Assembly (NCBI GenBank): GCA_030390025.1
Contig: CM059431.1
Coordinates: 103,604,001 to 103,668,000 of the forward strand
Direction: 5' to 3'
Origin: Squalus acanthias
Taxonomy: Eukaryota
DNA: 64,000 nt
In this document: positions 37,543 through 48,284 of the stretch, one piece after another
How positions within the stretch are numbered: position 1 is the stretch's first letter
How the letters are laid out: each line of letters begins with the position of its first letter
Position numbers and translations under genes: made by a program
The notes under the pieces: generated by a model
Databases searched by the model: none
Told to the model about the DNA's origin: nothing
The model's input: only the letters and a program-made list of their open reading frames with translations

Positions 37543-39286
37543 CTACTGTTTGCCCTTCGAGGCTGATCTCCATCCCCTGCGCACTTGCCCCCTTCCCACC
37601 CTACTGCTCCTCCGTAATGGGGCCCTAGTGGCTGCAGCAAGGCTGGTGGAAGGCTGCTGATTGTCAGAACCTGAGACTACAGATGCCCTTGAAGGACAAC
37701 CTGGACCAGCTCTGGGCCTGGAGGGCCCGGCTGCAGACTGCACCAACTCTGCATGGGCGGCAGCAGTCTGGGCTGGCTGTGTTGCAGGTGGTGGCAAGTG
37801 CAATGGGGGAAGTGCCAGTGGTGGGAGCAGGAATGCTGTCATCCTGAGAGAGGACAGCACCTTCCTGCTTGAACCACACACTGGCACTCCCATGGGGCAG
37901 TACCTCAGCATCCGGAGCAATCTGCTCGAGCACAGATTGCTGGCCTGCTGCGGCGCGATGAGAGCCCCGGGGCAATGTGGCTGACCCAGCGAGGGTGGCA
38001 GCAGTCAGTGCTTGCGTGACATCAATCTGAGACTGCATGAGAGCAGTCTGAGACTGGATGGCACCAGCCAATGACTGAATTGCAGCACTAAGCCGTTGCG
38101 TTGCATCGGCCTGTGCTGCAGCAGAGTGCTCCACACTCCTAGCCAGTCCATCAATGCTTTCGTGCACCCTTGCTATTGCACCCATGAGCTCAGTGTGCAA
38201 GCTCAAGGCCTGGCTATTCATGGCAGCGATGACGCGGTTCTCCTCTGAGTCCAGTGCAGCAGGACTCGCTTGCCTACTCGCCCTCTGGGGAGATGGCCCC
38301 CGAGCTTCCCTACCCCTATGGCGTTGCTGCAGCCCACTGGGTCCCGGAGCTTGGCCCTCATCAGACCCTACCCCCCTGCTCCCCTCCAGGGAAGGCGTGG
38401 TCCCAGTGTCGGTATGGGCTCCCTTGGGAGACGCAGGCGGTGAGGCTCCGGCTTCCTCTTCCTCCTCGCCTGGGGCGTCGCTGACACTGGTAGGTTAAGG
38501 ACAGGCTGGTCAGCTGGTGGTTCACTATCTGAAAGCAGGGAGGTACAAGAGTGGCTTTAGCGTCAGGACAGGGGGGCAGTAAGGGAGCAAGGACTGGAGA
38601 GAGTTAGTAAGTTGGATTGAAAGTGTAAAAGGCTGGTCTTGTGAGGGGCAAGTGGAATGAGAGAGGAGAGAAAGCTGATGAACATACCATAGCTGTCCCC
38701 AAGGTGGTCGACCTCTCCAGCGGCCACGGCACCTATGACCTGGCTGGCAACGATCCTGTGCACGCACACCTCCAAATCGCTGAGGGTGTGTAGGTCAGCC
38801 GGTCCTCCTCCCGTCCGCCTGTTATGAGAGAGCTTGGCCTGCAAGAAAAAGGACGGCGTCTGAGTGAATGTGCAGCCATGTGCTTGCCTGATGTGCCTCC
38901 CATAGTTGAATAACCCTTGTGTGCGTGTGTGTTTTATGAGATGGCCATAGGTCTTGGATGAGTGTTGGGCATTTGGGGTTTTTAAACCCTCTGGGACAGA
39001 GTGAAGTTGAGATGGAGGGATGTAGAGGTATTGAAAAGCAGCCACTCACCCTGACCACCCGAGTGAGGTCGTTGAACTTCTTCCGACATTGGGTGTGGGT
39101 CCTCGGCACCAGGCTTCTCGAGGAGACGTGCTGAGCCCCCTCCCTCCAGACTCTTCTGTATTCGTGGGGCAATGGCCTCCTACCACTCTGTGGGTAGAGC
39201 AGTGCTCGTCGCCGCTCCACTGCACCAACCAGAGCCACCAAGGCCCGGTCGCTGAAGCACTGAGCTCTTTCCCTGGGCCTATCCAT
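37543..39286 (-). pseudogene. Harbinger Myb/SANT-like DNA-binding gene, 3 predicted exons (39286-39050, 38838-38688, 38528-37543), frameshifted in exon 3
   Basis: MDRPRERAQCFSDRALVALV...RRVWREGAQHVSSRSLVPRTHTQCRKKFNDL; donors gtgagt and gtatgt, acceptors tttttcttgcag and ctgctttcag; exon 3 needs frameshifts near ~38495 and ~37810. Confidence 0.75.
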
Positions 39287-39645
39287 TGGTGGTTCCAGCA
39301 CAATTGATGTACAGGTCTCTCCAGGCCGAGATTCAAGGCTACAATGAGCAGGATGTGGATGGAGAGCAAGATGGCCCCTCCCCTTTAAGAACTGGCCGGG
39401 GCCAGTGTGTCTGTGTTCCATTGCTAACTGACATCACCTGAGCTTCGCCAGCGCTCTGAGTTAGCGCCTCGCTCCTCGACGTTAGCGCCTTAAGACAGAT
39501 GTGTAGCGCCTGATTTAGCGCTCCAATCACCTCCAGGGGCGATAGAGGCCAAGTCTGCAGTCGGAGGCGATAAATAGCGCCGGCGCTAAACTTGGCGCCC
39601 GGCCGATAATAGCACCCCAAACGGGGTGATACCGAATTTCCCCCC

Positions 39646-39860
39646 TGTCATAAATCGCAAGTAACAACTCAGGAAGTACTACTGGGCGGCCAGCTGGGGC
39701 GCCGTCCAGGGAGTATAAATACTCAGGCATGGGCCCACCTTGGGCAGAGACAATCTGGAAACAGGAAGCTAGTGACTGCTAACTAGACCTCCATGTTTTG
39801 TTACAAGTTGATTAAAGCCTTGTTTTATGTTCAAGTGCGTAGTGAGTCTTTATTACGTCA
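39646..39860 (+). repeat. 5' LTR
   Basis: tgtca...cgtca (TG..CA); tataaat at ~39714; attaaa at 39811-39816. Confidence 0.95.
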
Positions 39861-39960
39861 ATTTAATCAACTTGATATCGTCTCCACGCTTTGGGTGATT
39901 CGGAACAACCAGCTGCAACTCGAACCACAGAAGGGAACTAGGGCAAGAAACTGATCCATC

Positions 39961-40761
39961 ATGGAAAAACTCCTTAGACCCACTCGTCTCGACCTGGACC
40001 CGAATGCACCTGCGGCAGCGAAGGTATGGAAGCATTGGTTTCGTACCTTTAGCAACTTTCTTGAAGAATGTGGGGCGGATGTCCCTAATAAGTTAGGAAT
40101 GCTTATCAACTACGTGTCTCCTCATGTGTATGATTATATTGAGGACTGTATAGTCTATGACACTGCTATCGAAATCTTACAGCAGCTATATGTCAAGTCC
40201 CCAAATGAAATATTTGCTCGACACCTACTGGCCATAACTCGGCAGCAGCCTGGGGAATCACTCGATGAATTTCTCCAGAAACTTCGCAGGCTCAGCAAGG
40301 ATTGTAACCTTAAAGCAGTTACAGCTGAACAGTATCAAGAGGAACTAATCCGCGATTCCTTTATCAATGGAATCGCGTCCCGTTTTATACGTCAGCGCCT
40401 GCTGGAAAATAAAACCCTCAATTTACGGGCTGCTTATGACCAGGCGTGTTCCTTGGACTTGGCCAAGAAAAATGCAGACACTTATCTCCCACCACGTGCA
40501 CGGGCGGCGGCTATCTCCTTTAATGAGTCTTTCGGTAGGTCTCGGGCGGATGCCCCCACTGATGTTGACTCTACTCTAACGGACGACGACCCTACCCTAG
40601 AGGCCTTCGCTGATGACGACCCCGCCCTAGCAGCATCCTGGCAATCAGGAAGAAAGTGTTTCTTTTGTGGAGGGGCGTGCCATCACAGAAAATTTTGCCC
40701 GGCTCGTAATGTGACCTGCAATCATTGCAGCAAGAAAGGACACTTTTCCAAGGTATGCTAG
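39961..40761 (+). CDS. Gag with two Cys/His knuckles
   Basis: LRPTRLDLDPN...WKHW, RQQPGESLDEFLQKL, LIRDSFINGI, CFFCGGACHHRKFC, CNHCSKKGHFSKVC; ends at a TAG in frame with pol. Confidence 0.9.
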   Translation: MEKLLRPTRLDLDPNAPAAAKVWKHWFRTFSNFLEECGADVPNKLGMLINYVSPHVYDYIEDCIVYDTAIEILQQLYVKSPNEIFARHLLAITRQQPGESLDEFLQKLRRLSKDCNLKAVTAEQYQEELIRDSFINGIASRFIRQRLLENKTLNLRAAYDQACSLDLAKKNADTYLPPRARAAAISFNESFGRSRADAPTDVDSTLTDDDPTLEAFADDDPALAASWQSGRKCFFCGGACHHRKFCPARNVTCNHCSKKGHFSKVC

Positions 40762-43700
40762 TCACGGGCCTTTGCTAACAAGAAAGGCCGCTCCTCTAAA
40801 GTATACCGGTCGAGAGCTCCTGTTAGCTTCACAGCTGCTATCTATGGAGCTGCTCCTCCCCCAAGAACTACTGTTAAGGCTACAGTTGCCGAAGTGAAAA
40901 TTGCCCCTCCTCCCATCACGGCTGTTTTTCCCCAAAGTTTGTCCCATGCAGCCACGAAGGTTTCAGTAAATGGGCACACTCTAAGCGCGCTAATCGACTC
41001 CTGCAGCTCTGACAGCTTCATTAGTAAGCGGGCTGTCAACAGGTTAAAACTGCACATTTATCCCTCGGACAGGGAGATTGCAATGGCTCTGACGACTCTG
41101 ACCACCAATTCTTCTGGCTTCTGTCTGGTCAACCTCATCCTCAACGGCCGCACGTATCTCTCCACCCGGCTCGGAGTACTCGCAAACTTATGCAGCGATG
41201 TGCTTCTGGGACAGGACTTCCAGAAGCAGCACAAGAAGATCACTTTTGAGTTTGGAGGGTCAAGGCCGGAGCTTACCATTTCTAAGGTGCCGTTTTGTGC
41301 ACTCTCGGCGGCCTTACTCGGTGAACCCTCCCTGTTTGCCAATCTTCCCCCCCGCTGTAAACCCATAGCCACCAAATCGCGGCGCTTTAGCCAAGACGAT
41401 CGAGCGTTTATTGAGGCGGAAATCTCTCGCCTTTTAGTCGACGGTATTATCGAGCCATGTTCATCTCCCTGGCGGGCTCAGGTCGTCATCGTGAGGAATC
41501 CCTTAAAACAACATAAAAAACGTCTGTGTATCGATTATTCGCAGACTATTAATCTATATACCGATCTGGATGCCTACCCGCTGCCACGCATAGATGACAT
41601 GGTCAACAACCTTGCCAAATACAAGGTATTCTCGACCTTCGATTTAAAAAGCGCGTACCATCAGGTGCCACTGCAAGACTCCGACAAGAAGTATACGGCC
41701 TTTGAGGCCAATGGTCGGCTTTTCCAGTTTCGCCGCCTTCTATTCGGGGTCACCAATGGGGTGGCCGTCTTCCAACGGGCCATGGATGGCCTAGTCCGGC
41801 AAGAGAACTTGACGGATACCTTTCCGTATTTAGACAATATCACTATTGCCGGCCATGATCAAAAGGAGCATGACGCCAATCTTCAGAGATTTTTTGACGT
41901 ACTCCGCCGTCGCCACTTAACGTTAAACGAATCCAAATCAGTGAAGTCGGTGCCATCGGTGAACATTCTTGTCTACTGGGTGGGCAACGGTGTTATTAAA
42001 CCGGACCCAGAGCGACTTCGTCCACTTCAGGAGCTCCCTCCCCCGACGAACCTCGGCTCTCTTCGTCGGGCACTTGGCATGTTTGCTTATTACGCAAAAT
42101 GGATACCACACTTCTCCGATAAAATACAGCCCCTGCTCCATGCGAAGTCTTTTCCATTGGAAGCTACGGCTATTTCTGCCTTCAACCTCCTCAAACGACA
42201 GCTGGAGAAAGCCACGCTTCGCTCCATTGACGAAAATCTTCCTTTTGTGGTCGAATGCGATGCATCGGAGGTGGCGATCTCCGCTACCTTGAATCAAGGT
42301 GGCCGACCCGTGGCATTCCTATCCAGAACCTTGCAGGGTAGTGAGCTCCATTACCCCCCCGTCGAGAAGGAGGCTACGGCCATCATCGAGGCTGTACACC
42401 AATGGGGTCATTTTCTTGCTCGGCGTCATTTTACGCTTATAACTGACCAGCGCTCTGTGGCCTTCATGTTGGATAACCGGAGGCGCACGAAAATCAAAAA
42501 TAATAAAATTCAACTCTGGAGGATGGAGCTGGCTGCCTTTGGATATACTATCTGTTACCGACCCGGCAAACAGAACGTGGCCCCAGATACCTTCACACGG
42601 GCATTTTGCTCCTCAATGTCAACGTCGACTCTGGCGGATTTGCATATGGACTTATGCCATCCTGGTGTGACCCGCATGTTGCACTTTGTGCGCTCCAAAA
42701 ATCTACCATTTTCAACCGAGGACGTAAAGAAAACATGCTCCTCCTGTAGGATTTGTGCAGAATTGAAACCACAATTCTTTCGCCCATCAGATGGCTTACT
42801 CATACATGCAATGCAGCCTATGCAGAGGCTCAGCATAGACTTTAAAGGGCCATTGCCTTCGTCGACAAGGAACACCTACCTACTTACGATGGTGGACGAG
42901 TATTCGCGCTTTCCCTTCGCCTTCCCCTGCCCTAATATGCTTACCTCTACGGTAATTAAATGCCTCGATCAGGTCTTTTCCCTTTGCGGGACGGCCAATT
43001 TTATCCACACTGATCGGGGTCCCTCCTTTATGTCGAGTGAACTTAAAAGTTATCTCTCCCAACGGGGAATCGCCTCAAGTAGGACGACACCATATCACCC
43101 AATCGGTAACGGACAGGTTGAACGATACAATGCCATCATCTGGAACGCTGTCCGTCTGGCACTAAGGTCACGCAACCTGCCGGACCAGCAGTGGGAAACG
43201 GTGCTCCCCGACGCGTTACACTCTATCAGGTCTCTTCTCTCCACATCTACTAATGTCACGCCTCATGAGCGATTCTTCAAATTCCGGCGTCGCTCTACAC
43301 ATGGGACGTCTCTACCGTCATGGTTGGTGGCTCCAGGCCCGGTACTACTCCGGAGGTTCGTCCGGTCTGCCAAAAACGACCCTCTCATTGACGAGGTGGA
43401 GTTAACGGAGGTAAACCCCACGTATGCGCACGTACGGTACCCTGATGGCCGGGAGACCACCGTCTCGCTCCGAGATCTGGCTCCCTGCCCAACCGGTCAC
43501 ACGGGCCCGAATGATGAAGGATCCCCCGACAATGATATCAACACTCCGCACCCCTATGAAAATGACGCCCCGCCTGGGACATCGGGGGATCTGCTGGCAA
43601 CGCTACCGGATCAACTCAGGGAGCTGGACGCTCCCCGTAGGATGGCCACCCGAAACCAGGACGCCGGACAATCTCCAGTCACGACCCGGGATGAGGCCAG

Positions 43701-43806
43701 CTCAGCACCTGTGGGGACCCGCACCCGGAGTCATGATATTCCCAGTCCTCCACAGGATGATCAAGATGACGTGGACTCTACTGACTTACCGGTACGGGCC
43801 AAGTGA
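40762..43806 (+). CDS. Pol (protease, RT, RNase H, integrase), same frame as gag
   Basis: LIDSCS (protease), DAYPLPRIDD, FDLKSAYHQV, YLDN, ECDAS, EKEA, TDQ, HHCC, IDFKGP, TDRG, GQVER; no stop between 40762 and 43803. Confidence 0.92.
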   Translation, partial: SRAFANKKGRSSKVYRSRAPVSFTAAIYGAAPPPRTTVKATVAEVKIAPPPITAVFPQSLSHAATKVSVNGHTLSALIDSCSSDSFISKRAVNRLKLHIYPSDREIAMALTTLTTNSSGFCLVNLILNGRTYLSTRLGVLANLCSDVLLGQDFQKQHKKITFEFGGSRPELTISKVPFCALSAALLGEPSLFANLPPRCKPIATKSRRFSQDDRAFIEAEISRLLVDGIIEPCSSPWRAQVVIVRNPLKQHKKRLCIDYSQTINLYTDLDAYPLPRIDDMVNNLAKYKVFSTFDLKSAYHQVPLQDSDKKYTAFEANGRLFQFRRLLFGVTNGVAVFQRAMDGLVRQENLTDTFPYLDNITIAGHDQKEHDANLQRFFDVLRRRHLTLNESKSVKSVPSVNILVYWVGNGVIKPDPERLRPLQELPPPTNLGSLRRALGMFAYYAKWIPHFSDKIQPLLHAKSFPLEATAISAFNLLKRQLEKATLRSIDENLPFVVECDASEVAISATLNQGGRPVAFLSRTLQGSELHYPPVEKEATAIIEAVHQWGHFLARRHFTLITDQRSVAFMLDNRRRTKIKNNKIQLWRMELAAFGYTICYRPGKQNVAPDTFTRAFCSSMSTSTLADLHMDLCHPGVTRMLHFVRSKNLPFSTEDVKKTCSSCRICAELKPQFFRPSDGLLIHAMQPMQRLSIDFKGPLPSSTRNTYLLTMVDEYSRFPFAFPCPNMLTSTVIKCLDQVFSLCGTANFIHTDRGPSFMSSELKSYLSQRGIASSRTTPYHPIGNGQVERYNAIIWNAVRLALRSRNLPDQQWETVLPDALHSIRSLLSTSTNVTPHERFFKFRRRSTHGTSLPSWLVAPGPVLLRRFVRSAKNDPLIDEVELTEVNPTYAHVRYPDGRETTVSLRDLAPCPTGHTGPNDEGSPDNDINTPHPYENDAPPGTSGDLLATLPDQLRELDAPRRMATRNQDAGQSPVTTRDEASSAPVGTRTRSHDIPSPPQDDQDDVDSTDLPVRAK

Positions 43807-43940
43807 CCCAGGGACCAGGACACGGTCCGGGGAGACGTGCCTTCCAGTCACAAGCAGAGAGCTAAACGTCTGCGGCTATTTCTGGTCCGCCTAGTCCGTT
43901 AAAGGAAGACTGGACTTCCAAACCTTTTAGGGAGGAAGAA

Positions 43941-44155
43941 TGTCATAAATCGCAAGTAACAACTCAGGAAGTACTACTGGGCGGCCAGCTGGGGCGCCGT
44001 CCAGGGAGTATAAATACTCAGGCATGGGCCCACCTTGGGCAGAGACAATCTGGAAACAGGAAGCTAGTGACTGCTAACTAGACCTCCATGTTTTGTTACA
44101 AGTTGATTAAAGCCTTGCTTTATGTTCAAGTGCGTAGTGAGTCTTTATTACGTCA
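43941..44155 (+). repeat. 3' LTR
   Basis: Matches the 5' LTR except one visible substitution (ccttgttttat vs ccttgctttat). Confidence 0.95.
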
Positions 44156-44687
44156 CCCCCCTTTAATGTCTTCACTTGTCACTTGGAAATCGCAATACAA
44201 TTCACGAAGTAGCTGCTGCAATAACACGGGCATGGGCTCGACGGGGCGAATGGACTTCTTCCGTGCTGTAACCATTCTATGGGCGCCATGCAAAGACGAG
44301 TATTCATACCAAACAGTTCATTTTTTTGCCCATTTATATAACGGGAAACAAGTTTTCCTTTTCATCTGCGTTAAACCCAAAATTCGATGGTTGCATTATT
44401 CTTATTTTGCCTCAGTGCCCAAGGGTGGAGAGAACCTGTAGAAGACGGCCAAGTAATAGACAATAAGGTGGGGCCACATGAGGACGATTAGTGACCCTGA
44501 CATACTCCAGCATCCTGGGTCTTGGTGGAGTGCCGGTCACTTGCACATGAGCTTGGCATCAAGAACAATGTGATTGCAGAGTTTTTCTTTATTCATTCAC
44601 GGGATGTGGGCATCGCTGGTGAGGCCAGCATTCATTGCCCATCCCTAAAAAAGAAAGAAAGACTTGCATTTATATAGCGCCTTTACA

Positions 44688-44907
44688 GGGGAATGGTAGC
44701 ATAGGGGTTATGTTATTGGATTAGTAATCTAGTTAGGCCTGAATTAATAATCAAGAGTATATGAGTTCAAATCCCATCACAGCAGCTGGGGAATTTAAAT
44801 TCACTTATAAATAAAAATCTGGAATTTAAAAAAAAGCTAGTATCATTAATGGTGATCATAAAACTACCAGATTTTGTTGTAAAAACCCATCTGGTTCACT
44901 AATGTCT
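44688..44907 (+). mobile_element. tRNA-derived SINE fragment (second family)
   Basis: A-box-like tggtagcatagggg, B-box gagttcaaatccc; truncated at the HE1-like SINE. Confidence 0.55.
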
Positions 44908-45205
44908 GGGCAACACGGTGGCATAGTGGTTAGCACTGTTGCCTCACAGCGCCAGGGACCCGGGTTCGAATCCGGCCCCGGGTGACTGTCTGTGTGGAGT
45001 TTGCACATTCTCCCCGTGTCTGCGTGGGTTTCCTCCGGGTGCTCCGGTTTCCTCCCACAGTCCAAAGATGTGCTGGTTAGGTTGATTTGGCTATGATAAA
45101 TTGACCCTTAGTGTTAGGGGGGATTAAATACGGGGATAGGGTGGGATATGTGTCGGTGGGCCGAAATGGCCTCTATCTGCACTGTGGGGATTCTGTGATT
45201 CTGTG
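44908..45205 (+). mobile_element. HE1-like V-SINE
   Basis: ggtggcatagtggttagc...gggttcgaatcc head, V-domain tgtgtggagtttgcacattctccccgtgtctgcgtgggtttcctccgggtgctccggtttcctcccac, CR1-type tail. Confidence 0.88.
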
Positions 45206-45626
45206 AAAATCTGGCGGGGTGTAATACCAGCGTTGCACCCGATCCCGTCAGTCTCCCCTCCGGCAAGCTTCGGTTAAAATTGCCCTCAAGGGGGTGGATT
45301 TTCAACTCGCTGCTCGGGTGTAGAACTGATGTTGCGGAATGGCCGTGAGGTAGAGAAACCGTCCGATTTTCATTGTCGAAAGGTTGGGATTTGGTTTTTT
45401 GTAAGTAAATTACATTGTCGTAAGAATATTTGCAGCACAGGTGAGCGAGCCGCCAACACCCATCAGTGCGGCAATACTGCCCTGAACAAGTCTACCTCAC
45501 GTCTTTAGATCTGTTGCGTCAACAAGGCGCTCTCTCGATATCTGTCCACATGCACACACTGGGTGGGAATTGGGAGCACTTCTGATATAGCCGCTGTAAA
45601 ACCAACAGTAATTCTCATACAATAAT

Positions 45627-46377
45627 GGGCCGGATATTCTGATGCGTACGAGGTGTGTGCGCGCCTGTTGGGGCCGCGCAAGTGCCGGTTTAAGGCCATG
45701 CGAAGCGCATGCACTAAAACCCGGCACTTGCGATCTGTGAAGAATCCTCTTGACAGATCCTCCGCCTGCCCGGGAGAAGGTCCTCCGTGGGCAGAGAGTT
45801 CCGCTTTCTTCACAACCTCCGCCCGCTGAAAACCTTTAAAAATCTTACGCCTGGTAAAAGCCTGCGTAAGGTCTGCTTTTACCAGCTTAAGAGTTTAAAA
45901 AAATTAAAAACAATTTTTTTTTCACTCATTTATAATTTTAAAATACTTTTAAAAAAGGTAAGTTTATTTTTAGCCCCGTAAAAAACTTTAATTATTTTTT
46001 TCAAAAAATTAAATTTTTGTTTAAAATATTTAATTTAATGTAATTTTAACTAATTTTAAATACGTGATTTAAAAAAAAAATTATTTAATGTTTAACTGTT
46101 TTTTAAGTGATCCCCATTCATACTTTTGACAGATCTGTGCGTATGGACCTGTCAAAAGTGTGAAGGGGGATTCCCTTCTTTGATTGCTTCCCCATGGCCC
46201 ACGTGATCCCAGGGGCGTTAGCGAACCGCCTGCGCCCCTGGGATACCTGGGCCTCTGCGCATTTCGTAGACCAGGATCGCTAGCCTCGGGACCCACGGAG
46301 CCAGCAGGTAAGTGCGTAGATTTTCTATGATCGGAGGCATCCGCCCGCAGGAAGCCTCCGATCGAAAAATCCGGCCC
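45627..46377. mobile_element. ~750-bp MITE (GGCC-ended family, second subfamily)
   Basis: gggccggatattc / gaaaaatccggccc; aat/aat TSD. Confidence 0.85.
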
Positions 46378-47074
46378 AATATTTGTGTTAAGCAATGCAT
46401 TCGCACCAAATGAAATAACCTTCTTTTACGACTGCCATGTATTATTTAATGACTTTGTAGGTCACACATGTGAATCACGTCTTATTTTCATGTACTCCCT
46501 TCTACTTAACACTGAAGTATCTGCCCATACACTGTGGGTCAAAACTTCTTTTTTTATTCATTTTCCCCCCCACTTTTTCTTCCTCTTCAGTTACTTTTGC
46601 ACTTTGTTAACTTGCTCCCAATCCTCTGCCATGGCCACTATATTACTATCTTCTGGCTATGGAAGGGGCAGCATGGGTTGGCATTCTATCCAGTTTTCCT
46701 TCTGGTCTACAGAGAGAAGTGCATATTGTATACACTTGTATGGGGCTGAGTTTCCGCTTGTTTCCGCTTGTTACGTCAGCACAATCCGGGCAGAATCAGT
46801 CGAACCAGCGCAAAAGATCAGGGAATTTTAAACGTAGGTGAGTTACGCCCAAATCCACTTGTGTTCCTGTTTACCCGCGATCTTTCCCGTTGGATCAAGA
46901 TTCAATTGGACCGAATCACAAAACTGGTCACGGCCCCCCACCCCCAGGTCGACATTGCGAGATTCCACCAATTGCACTGGTTCGGGAAGGCTGTTCAAAT
47001 CATGTTCATTTTCTTCGAGGTGCAGGCACCAGTCGGCACATTGTTAACGGTTTTATCATAGCAAAAAAGATTTA

Positions 47075-47656
47075 GGGGGGGAAAATTGGCTTGAGCCCCC
47101 TTTGGGGCAATAACTTCGCCTGGGTGCTAAAAGTTAGCACCCCCGCGCCCGAAATTCAATGGTAGCGCCCCAAGCAGGAGGCGGGACGCTACTAGAAGCG
47201 CTCCCCCTCCCTCTTGGGGCGCTCCCATTCAATATCGCGGCGCTACGTGCAACAGCGCCACGCATGTCGGCAGGTAACGCCACGGTACTGCAGGCCTCAC
47301 TCCCCTGATTAAAGGGGAGGGGCCCAGCGCAGCGCGCACTGGGGCCCTGCTGGACCACCAGGGAGCAGGGTGCCGGCAAAAGAGCCCGGCATTCAGGAGG
47401 AGTGCCGAGCTGCCCGATCGCGGCCGGCATCCCACAGGAGGATGCTGGCTGTCATAGCGTCTGGCGGTCGGTCAGGAGGCGCGAGACAAGTTTGCAGCCA
47501 GGCGCGAGCGGGGTGCTGAGCACGGCGATGACGTCATCGCCGGAGGCACAGCGCCATGGGCGCTACCAGCTACCGCCGCCGCTAACCTCCCGCTAAATTT
47601 CTAGGGAGGCGTTAAAGGCGCCGCGCCCGGGCGCAAAGCAAACAAATTTTTCCCCC
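47075..47656. mobile_element. Harbinger MITE related to the 35617 element
   Basis: tta|gggggggaaaatt ... aatttttccccc|tta; shares tagcgcc/ggcgcta motifs and cccgggcgcggcg. Confidence 0.8.
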
Positions 47657-48189
47657 TTAATTTACTAAGAAACTGACTAGAGTACACCAATTAACTTATT
47701 AAATGTTTCAGTATGGATTCCTTTGTCATTTTCAGTGATTTTAAATCAGGTCACTCACAGGTGGCGGACTGGCCACTCTGATTAAAAATGCATATTTTTG
47801 GTGATAAACCAATTTTCAGCCGAATTAATCAAACTGCATCAGGTTACCACTCTTCAAAACATCGAGGAATACTTCTTAAGGAAAAGGAATGATTACATTC
47901 TATTATGCTGCCCGATCATGCTGGTTCATGGAGCGTTTTTACGTTTGTGATTATGCCAATTAACATTAGTGTAAACTGGAAGCCTATCCTAACCGGCATA
48001 ATTTCAAGTCCATTTTGGCCGCAATTTCCTAATTCCGCCCAGAGTGGAAACTCCACCCCGTAATATTTGCTGAAGTTATTTTCTGACTATTCTCCAATTG
48101 CTTGGGCATGATGTGAAGCATAATTAGCGCAAAGTATGTAAAGGACTAGAGGGTCTGAAACTTCACCTCACTGATTCTTATGAAGATGG

Positions 48190-48284
48190 GAAAGAAAGAC
48201 AGACTTGCAATTATACAGCGCCTTTCACGACCTCAGGACATCCCAAAGCACTTTACAGCCAATGAAGTACTTTTTGAAATGTAG
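48190..48284 (-). mobile_element. DeuSINE tail fragment
   Basis: gacttgcaattatacagcgcctttcacgacctcaggac... Confidence 0.75.

Larger units (their letters stand above)
39646..44155 (+). mobile_element. Full-length Ty3/Gypsy LTR retrotransposon (Mag-like Gag), 4510 bp
   Basis: Two 215-bp LTRs, gag-PR-RT-RH-IN order, PPT agggaggaagaa before the 3' LTR, C-run on both flanks. Confidence 0.97.
35617..44161. mobile_element. PIF/Harbinger transposon (~4 kb; right TIR split by the Gypsy insertion)
   Basis: Left end tta|gggggaaaaattc; right end gaatttcccccc...[Gypsy]...cccccct|tta; transposase plus convergent Myb/SANT gene; repeated subterminal tagcgcc motifs. Confidence 0.88.

Noticed and set aside
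44908..44985. tRNA gene
   Set aside because: The A/B boxes belong to a V-SINE head repeated at 52371 and 60486; it continues into the SINE core and tail.
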